Below, one piece after another: positions 1 to 6,753 of a DNA stretch of 8,799 bases. Origin of the DNA: Paraspadella gotoi (Eukaryota > Animalia > Chaetognatha). Position 1 is the stretch's first letter; every line of letters starts with the position of its first letter. The stretch is from NCBI GenBank assembly GCA_051294375.1, contig JBJCIZ010001275.1, positions 1-8,799 of the forward strand, read 5' to 3'. The position numbers were made by a program, and so were the translations under genes. The notes under the pieces are model-generated. The model saw only the letters and a program-made list of their open reading frames with translations, did not search any database and was not told the DNA's origin.

Positions 1-10
1 CGGGGTGTCA

Positions 11-109
11 CCGACATGTGTTGGGGGTTTCTATGCCCCAGCAGTCGGATCCTAAAGCACAAACTTTACCCAAGAAAGAGAAAAGCTAAGGGGATCGAAC
101 CCACGACCT
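11..109 (-). mobile_element. tRNA-derived (SINE-like or tRNA pseudogene) fragment
   Basis: Reverse complement of 90-109 is AGGTCGTGGGTTCGATCCCC, resembling a tRNA variable loop plus T-arm with a Pol III B-box (GGTTCGATCC). The T-stem is degenerate, with no clear A-box or cloverleaf. A hairpin lies 3' of it (11-48). Boundaries uncertain. Confidence 0.35.
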
Positions 110-512
110 GTCGTCCATCGGTGGAGCATTAGTTTAGCGGGGATTTGTTTAAAGGACCCAAAAGGAGAGGCGGTTTTGTTCCCCTTCCGTCAGAAGGAGC
201 AATTTCCAGAACGGCCTTGTTCTTTTTTCATCTTTCTTGCTCGATGTCTTCCAATGAACATCAACAAGAAAATATCGCCATATCTTCACGACCGCCCTTT
301 CCAAACTGCGAGAGGCTCACGACGCTAAGAGCTTCTCTCACGTCAATGAGGCTTTTTTTTTCACGTCGGCAAAAAAAAAAACCATTTCCGCCTTTTCACG
401 CGAAACGACGTGTGATGGACGTCGCCGACTCTGTGAAAGTCTGTGAAACTCAGGGGCGAGCGTGTGTGAGATCGTAGTAGTAGTAGACACCGTGACAAAA
501 AAAGAGGAAATC

Positions 513-653
513 ATGAATTATGGAGGAAAGGAAAATACGAAGCAGATGGACTCAATGCAAATTCATTGCAGGTTGTCATTGCTGCCTTTTGAAATCCTTA
601 ACAGAATCACCGAGGCCAATGAAAGGTGGCCTTATTTGCTGAGTGTGACTCCG
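513..653 (+). CDS. Candidate coding exon with N-terminal F-box-like motif (MNYGGKENTKQMDSMQIHCRLSLLPFEILNRITEANERWPYLLSVTP)
   Basis: ATG at 513 with A at -3, 47 open codons, ending at a consensus donor CCG|GTAAGT (GT 654-655, phase 0). Alternative acceptor TTCATTGCAG|G at 571/572. LSLLPFEILNRI fits the F-box core LxxLPxEILxxI by eye. No complete gene model found. Confidence 0.3.
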
Positions 654-739
654 GTAAGTGACTGAATGTCGGGTTAAAAAAGCAAAGAAAACATAAAAGG
701 AACTAAATTGTGATAGAAGATGGTTTGTTTTCTTGGTTT

Positions 740-805
740 TTTAGACAAAGGAAAGCAATGATTGCTTATCGATTTAGACAAAGGTAAGCAATGATTTCTT
801 ATCGG
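740..805 (+). repeat. 33-bp tandem duplication (2 copies)
   Basis: TTTAGACAAAGGAAAGCAATGATTGCTTATCGA (740-772) and TTTAGACAAAGGTAAGCAATGATTTCTTATCGG (773-805) are identical at 30/33 positions. Confidence 0.95.
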
Positions 806-863
806 TTTACGATCTACGATCACGCCCTAAAGGCGACAAAACACAGATACCCCGATAAGCGCA

Positions 864-887
864 GGAGCAGCGGAGCAGCGGAGCAGC
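864..887 (+). repeat. (GGAGCAGC)3 tandem repeat
   Basis: Three perfect 8-bp units. Confidence 0.9.
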
Positions 888-966
888 AAAATACGCGTCA
901 GCTTTTCCGAGCTGGAAATCCTAAAAGGTTTTTTTTTTCGCGAACAATCGTGGAGCGCCGATTGCT

Positions 967-983
967 GAGAGAGAGAGAGAGAG
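967..983. repeat. (GA)8 microsatellite
   Basis: Read directly from the sequence. Confidence 0.95.
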
Positions 984-1040
984 CGAGAGGCCAATTATTC
1001 TACGCAACAAAGATATACTATGCGGCCGTCAAAAACAGAA

Positions 1041-1064
1041 CTCTCTCTCTCTCTCTCTCTCTCT
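1041..1064. repeat. (CT)12 microsatellite
   Basis: Read directly from the sequence. Confidence 0.95.
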
Positions 1065-1740
1065 ATGTTTAAATAGCGTTATTTAATTGCTGTTGAGTAC
1101 GTCTGCTGTATAACAACTACTCTTAATTTAATTTATATCAAATTATTGAAAGTTCTCTTTAAGTACGATTCTATACACAATTGTTCATGGCGAAAGCTTG
1201 TAGTCTACATTTGTCCTAAAAATAAGTAAAATATACAATTTACTTAGGATCAGACGTAAAAATAGATCAGTTAGCATATGTACAAGCAGTCGAGATTCAA
1301 TCCGCATGTCTATTTAAACGCTTTAACCAGCCATTAATCGCCCCTCTCGTTCTAATCTAGCATTAGTTTTCTGTTATTATATTTCTAATGCCAATCAGCG
1401 CGAATGCCATCTCGAGCGAGCGGAACGACGTCAAGGACCCTCTGCTTTTTTCGCTTCAAAGTCCGTGGCGGCCCCTTCTCACGTTACTTTCTTTTCGGAC
1501 CTTAGCGTTTTAAATCCGCCTTTTTTGAGCGCGCGATCACTGCGCTCTCCTGCCGGCTCACTCCAGCTGACATCTATATCGTCTTACTTCGTTCTCGTCT
1601 GCTCCACCCAAGAAAACGAGAAATAGGTAATATTAATCCAAATGTACAGATAGGCGATCCAAATCCCCTGGTTTAGCGACAATGGCAAATTGTGAGACAA
1701 AAGTAACCAAAGAGTGGGAAAAGACGGAGAGGATGTAGAT

Positions 1741-1789
1741 AGAGAAAGAGAGAGGATGAGAGGAGAGAGAGAGGAGAGAGAGAGAGGAG
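1741..1789. repeat. Imperfect GA/GGA polypurine tract
   Basis: Almost purine-only run AGAGAAAGAGAGAGGATGAGAGGAGAGAGAGAGGAGAGAGAGAGAGGAG. Confidence 0.9.
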
Positions 1790-2018
1790 TACGTACGTAT
1801 GAAGATCGTGGAGACAGATAATTCGTGTTATGAGATTATAGAGAATAGGGAAAAACAGTCACAGCAGAGAAGAAGATTAATGTTCGAGGTAGGTCCACAC
1901 GAGGAAGCAATAATAACAATAATAAAATTGATGATGAATGCGCGAAAAGATTGAAATAGAGGTTTCAAATATAAAAATGATACAAAAATATAAGTTTTAC
2001 AATTCGATCTAATTCAAG

Positions 2019-2204
2019 GTTGTGCGAGGTCAAGGTTGAAGAAAAAAATGTGAAGAACTTGGTGGATAAGAAACATCTGGGATACCTCTACAGACTACTG
2101 GTAGACTTTTAGGTTCTTTTGGTCGATCAGGCAGCTCGTAAAAAGCAACGGGAATATACCAATAGAGCAATCGAGTTTTAAAGAGGCGTTTTTCGGGATA
2201 TAGA
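2019..2204 (+). pseudogene. Candidate disabled exon (186 nt, frame-preserving, two in-frame stops)
   Basis: Flanked by CTAATTCAAG| and |GTAAGT. Reads LCEVKVEEKNVKNLVDKKHLGYLYRLLVDF*VLLVDQAARKKQREYTNRAIEF*RGVFRDI, with TAG at 2110 and TAA at 2179. No recognised homolog. Confidence 0.25.
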
Positions 2205-3327
2205 GTAAGTTTTTCTGCGTGTTTTGTTAATTATATTGCGAATTCTTCGTAAGTCTGTTATGTACTTGTGCTATGTCGACAATATCTATATTAACTAATT
2301 ATTATATAATCAGCTTTGACTGTATACTATATATACATGTACCACATTGTTAGATGTTTATGCTCTTCGTTATGACTATACTAGAAGAAAGAAAAAGTTT
2401 GAGGCGGAAACTCTAAATTCAATGTGAATTCTTATTAAATTTTGTACAAACAAGCATACCAACTACAGCAAAAACGACAATAATGTTTATATTTTTGATA
2501 TTTCTTATAGTTTAATTGTACTGACCTTAAAAGCTTGACTAGAAAATTTTGTATTATTACTAATTTTTTTATTCATTATTTAACTATACTAATACTAAAA
2601 ATTATAGTCGGTAGAGTTCTATAACATCGATCAACGAAACACTTCTGAATATTTTTAAATCTGAACAAACTCTTGCCAGCCGCGCGCATTTGAACTCTCG
2701 CCCCGGCCCTGCTTGAGAAATGTCCATACGCTCAACGACTGACCTCTCCCACCTTGTGGTCGACCACAAAGAATCTCCAGGCGTCGTCGCGCCATTCACA
2801 ACCTCGAGGCCTCACGACGTCTTCACTCGTCCCCGTCTGTGTGCGCGGTCCCGATTGATCTGCGGGCAAAGTCTCGCGGGGCGCAGCAGCGCGCAGGTTA
2901 GCCTGATATGGAAGTAGATAGCGAGATATGGCGTGGATGTCCGTTTATACGAACTGGGATGACTGAGCTCAATATTAATTAACAACTCAAAATAATGATT
3001 ACAATACATTTCGAAGTTCATTTCGCCTCCGTATAATCAATTCTGCCTACTACAATTCTAGGGGAAACAAAAATTTATAATTATGAACTGCATGGCAAAT
3101 ACGGAGAGGCTATAGTCTATGACGAGGGACTTTTCAGCTGGAGCCGCCGCCTTAATACCCACTGCTGCTGCGACCTGAGAGTCCGATCGCTGATAAACCA
3201 TAACATCTTCTGTCGTATCTCATGAGGAACGCTCATCCCATTATTTAGCCGCCTTCTAACTTTAGTCTATGAGCCAAATTTTCCGGGGTAAAGGGAAGAT
3301 ATAAATAGGAAAAAAATGAGGACAAAT

Positions 3328-3726
3328 TGATTAAGTTGATAATATTTAGAGCTGAAACTGATTTGATTTATATTTTAATTGATTAACGAATAAGGCACTT
3401 CGAGAATAGTATCTATATTTATTTTCTTGCGAAAAACCTATTTCTTTGATTGTTTATGATTGAAATTGTAATTGATATCCAATTCCTGACTTCATATGAT
3501 TTGTATTGAGTTACCCTCCATTTGATTGGAGTTGAATTCATGTTTTGGTCGAAATGAATTAAGCTTGGTTTCTTTGCATTATAACTTTTTATAGTTATTT
3601 ATCTTAGGCTGTTTAAAGGCCCTCATTGAAAGCAAAGGCTTTACAAGATTAAAGTAATATGATTATATATGATTAATAATGTACTGATTTTCATTATAGT
3701 TTATATTTACTGATTATATTATGATT
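3328..3726 (+). repeat. AT-rich region with a dense TGATT cluster
   Basis: 13 TGATT copies by hand count on the + strand and no AATCA seen. Includes the imperfect direct repeat TGATTATAT(T)ATGATT at 3660 and 3711. Confidence 0.7.
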
Positions 3727-4113
3727 TCGATACAAATTATACTTAGATCCATCTATATACTGAAGCCAAGGGCCTAGCTTCCAAGTCCTAATTCCGTAAA
3801 AAACCCGCGTAGGCTGAGGCTCGGACCCGAGCAAACCTGCAATTCTCTGTTCAAGACCTCAAGATTTTCCACCTTTTGATTTATTCATTGCTTTATTCCT
3901 AGAACTATCCAAAATCACCACTGTAATGAAGAAGCGCAGTCTAACAACTATCCACTTCTCTAAAGAACTCTTATCGCTTTCCATCCCATTTTCTCCATGA
4001 ATAAAAAAGGAAGTGAGCTCCTGAGTATGACTCACTTTCGCTCTGGATTCCCGCGCTTCTTCTAATCTATTAATCGTTCCCAGTCCAATACCGTCTGGTG
4101 ATATGAGACACCT

Positions 4114-4492
4114 ATGAGATCAATGGGAGTGTTGCAGGTTCTCGAACTAGGAGGATTATCCTTAGAACAGGAGGCGCGATACCTCTGAAACAAATGTAGG
4201 TGGTTTCTAAGCAAAAAGTGTGATTACATGGGGTAACACGTCTGAGATATTCATTTTGTTCCAATTCACTTTTGTTCAAATCAAACGCGAATAGAATATA
4301 AAAATTGTAATAATTACTAATTTCAGTGGACCTTCTTCAGACAATGGTATACGAGTATTTTTGTTAATATATCCTTTTTTGTATTGACATAAATTAACCA
4401 AACTGACAATAATCTCAAAACTTCCCTTAGAACTTAAGAGACTTTGCGTCGAAGAGACCAAAGTTGGTGATGTTGCGACTGATCATGAATGA
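4114..4492 (+). pseudogene. Possible degenerate coding fragments with LRR/F-box-like peptides
   Basis: 4114-4188 reads MRSMGVLQVLELGGLSLEQEARYL*. 4388-4492 reads HKLTKLTIISKLPLELKRLCVEETKVGDVATDHE*. Splice-like signals: ACTAATTTCAG| (4326) and CTGAC...CTTCCCTTAG| (4430). Motif resemblance judged by eye only. Confidence 0.15.
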
Positions 4493-5876
4493 AATGCGAA
4501 GAGGCGGTCTAACGACTCTGTAACCTTAGTCCCTTAAGAGGAGTACCCACTGCACCCAGCCTGCTGGCGCATCGATGGGCGGTCGCGTAGATAGCGCTCA
4601 AGGTCTCCAGGTTCGGCTTCGGTTCCAGAAGAACTGTATGCCTCCTTGAAGATCCTGGAGCGTTTTCGCAGAACTATTTCTCGTTAGCTTTTTGGCTGAA
4701 CTCGTTTTTCCAAGTTTGAGACCCTTATAAATTTACGCCATGAACATCTGATACTGGAAGAGAAAAAAAATTATGAGAGGCTATTTGTTGCGGAGAAAAT
4801 CTTTTAAAATAGTGATAAATTATTGTCAAGACCTCATTCTAATCTAATAAGTTCTTCCTTATTTTATTTGATCTCTAAAGTAACATATCGCTCTATAGAC
4901 ATCTAAGTGACTAAGATTATTAAACATGAGACCAAACAAACTGATAAAACGGCAACCAGGATGGAGAAGAAAATATTCAACACAAATTTAGATTAGTGAA
5001 TCAATTATAAAATAACTTCTATTATCTGTTAGAAGCAGAATAAATAATAAGTCATTTATGTATTGATTAAATACTTCAATTACCCCGTGAGCATAAACAC
5101 TGAAATTGAGGGCCACTGCGTTTTTGAATTCTCGACGGACCACGTGTTCGCGGTAGTCCGTTCCTCCCATTCAGAGCGAAAAGACCTCACAGGCGCCTTA
5201 AGACGTCGTCGGCGTCTGTAGCGGCTGCGGCGGTCTGGCTGCGCGTGCGTCTTACGCGGACCCGTCCGCGCCGGAAAAGGATCTGCTCGAGGCGGCGGCC
5301 GCCTTATACGGAAGGAGGTCCAATAGATTTTTTAAAGAGAAGCAGAGGTATAACGCTCGAAGGGACTCGAGACCCCTCGAGTTTAACGATCGAGATATTA
5401 TTTATAATCCTACTTGTATAGCCGCAAAATGATTATAGAAGAAAAATTATACCTGATTCAGAACGCGACAAACGCTTAAGTTAAAGGTCGTCGAAACCGT
5501 TAGTTTGTACCTAGAGCGTTTTCGCTTCATTTTAATAGTGGAACCAAGCCGGGGGGGCCGCGTGTAAACACGATAAAGGGAGTGGATTGCGCGCCTCTTA
5601 CTCAAAAATTGAGGTATAAATAACTGGAGGAACGAATGGAGATGAATATTGACTTGATTACCAGAAAAGCGATTATTTATCGTACAAAAACACAAATGAG
5701 ATATCTACTTTTGAGGGCGAAAAAAAATCATTTATCGGTCTCATGCAACACCCGGTAATCGAATGACATCAAGGTTCGATATTTAAGATGAAGAAAACGC
5801 CTATAAAAAACTACTCAACAATCTATTTTAATTCCAATTGGTTCGCTTACAATATTTTCTGGTCGCGTCGCGGTCA

Positions 5877-5970
5877 CTTTCGTCCTTGTTTATTTTCCTT
5901 TTATTTTTCATTCTTTTCGTCCTCCTCTTCATTTTCGCTTTGTTTTATTTTCGTCTTTGTTTTATTTATT
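5877..5970 (+). repeat. T-rich low-complexity tract with recurring TTTCG(T/C)Y
   Basis: Read directly from the sequence; it explains the Phe-rich and Lys/Glu-rich spurious ORFs here. Confidence 0.75.
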
Positions 5971-6137
5971 ACGACCCTCCGGTATATCCGTCTATTTCCC
6001 ATTGGTTCCCTTCTTCTGTTGATAGAAAACAGCGTTCCGCATATTGCGGCGGGATAACAATGATTCCCTCGGAAAATAAATCCTCCCGAGCACCAGATGA
6101 GTGGCCAATGACGCACAGCAAACATCAGAAAGTAAAC

Positions 6138-6331
6138 AACGCCAACCGAACGCCAACGCCAACCACCGTCCACATCGACCGCAACGCAACGCCACAGCCA
6201 AAGACGCCATTTCGAACGCCAACCGAGCCCGCACGCAAATCAACCGAGTCCGTATCTTTCCATTGGCGCCCGACGACGGGCGAAACTGAAAGATACAGTC
6301 TTCAAAGAGAACGAAAAAACTGCGAACGCCA
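6138..6331 (+). repeat. Cluster of AACGCCA direct repeats
   Basis: Exact copies at 6138, 6149, 6155, 6188, 6215 and 6325, plus variant GACGCCA at 6203. The 12-mer AACGCCAACCGA occurs at 6138 and 6215. Confidence 0.85.
6252..6296. other. Nested inverted repeat (stem-loop)
   Basis: GTATCTTTC (6252-6260) pairs with GAAAGATAC (6288-6296), and CGCCCG (6267-6272) pairs with CGGGCG (6277-6282) around a 4-nt loop. Confidence 0.75.
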
Positions 6332-6724
6332 TTCCGCTCGCCACCAAACAGAAATTGCATCGTTGATGGCCAGAGCATACCGAAGTTGGCATCGGTCGAC
6401 GGTGAGCGCCGCGTCTCGCGCGGGTCGAGGGCCGCAAACTTGAGAAGCAGCCCAACATGTTTTGGGAAGGACGGAGATGCGGAAATGCCGGATAGAGCGC
6501 GACGACCGACGGAACCGGGGCAGTCGACTGTTAGCCAGCGAGCAGAAACTTGACGCCGGCACTGAACTGCGGAACGGGATGAGACCAACATCGCCGGCCA
6601 TGAGGCGGAAAGTAGTGAGTGTCGCGTACGAGAAGTCGCACCTTATTAAAAGGCAGCGCATCCGCCCGCCGCCGCGTCGTTGACCTGAGGCAGAAAAAAT
6701 GGGGAACATCGCTGCCGGAGAGTC

Positions 6725-6753
6725 AGAGAGAGAGAGAGAGAGTGAGAGAGAGA
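6725..6753. repeat. Interrupted (AG)n microsatellite
   Basis: (AG)9-T-(GA)5. Confidence 0.95.

Noticed and set aside
145-477. 110-aa ORF
   Set aside because: TTG start, crosses homopolymer runs, and has an Arg/Ser/Phe-rich composition typical of non-coding DNA.
740-805. 33-bp repeat with internal palindrome as a CRISPR repeat
   Set aside because: Two adjacent copies with no spacer, no cas genes and a eukaryotic context.
4036-4184. Minus-strand exon-like block (TTTCAG|...|GTGAG)
   Set aside because: Stops in all three frames and no recognisable peptide. The minus-strand acceptor near 4754 also leads into stops in every frame. A non-coding spliced transcript is not excluded.
4555-4580. CCCAGCCTGCTGGCGC, reminiscent of HDV ribozyme P3
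   Set aside because: The loop is only 2 nt and no P1/P2 pseudoknot partners were found.
4710-4720. CCAAGTTTGAG, matching the 3' half of nematode SL1
   Set aside because: Only 11 of 22 nt match and it is not followed by the GT donor of an SL RNA gene.
5356-5381. Heat-shock element interpretation of the CTCGA array
   Set aside because: It does not form alternating nGAAn/nTTCn pentamers.
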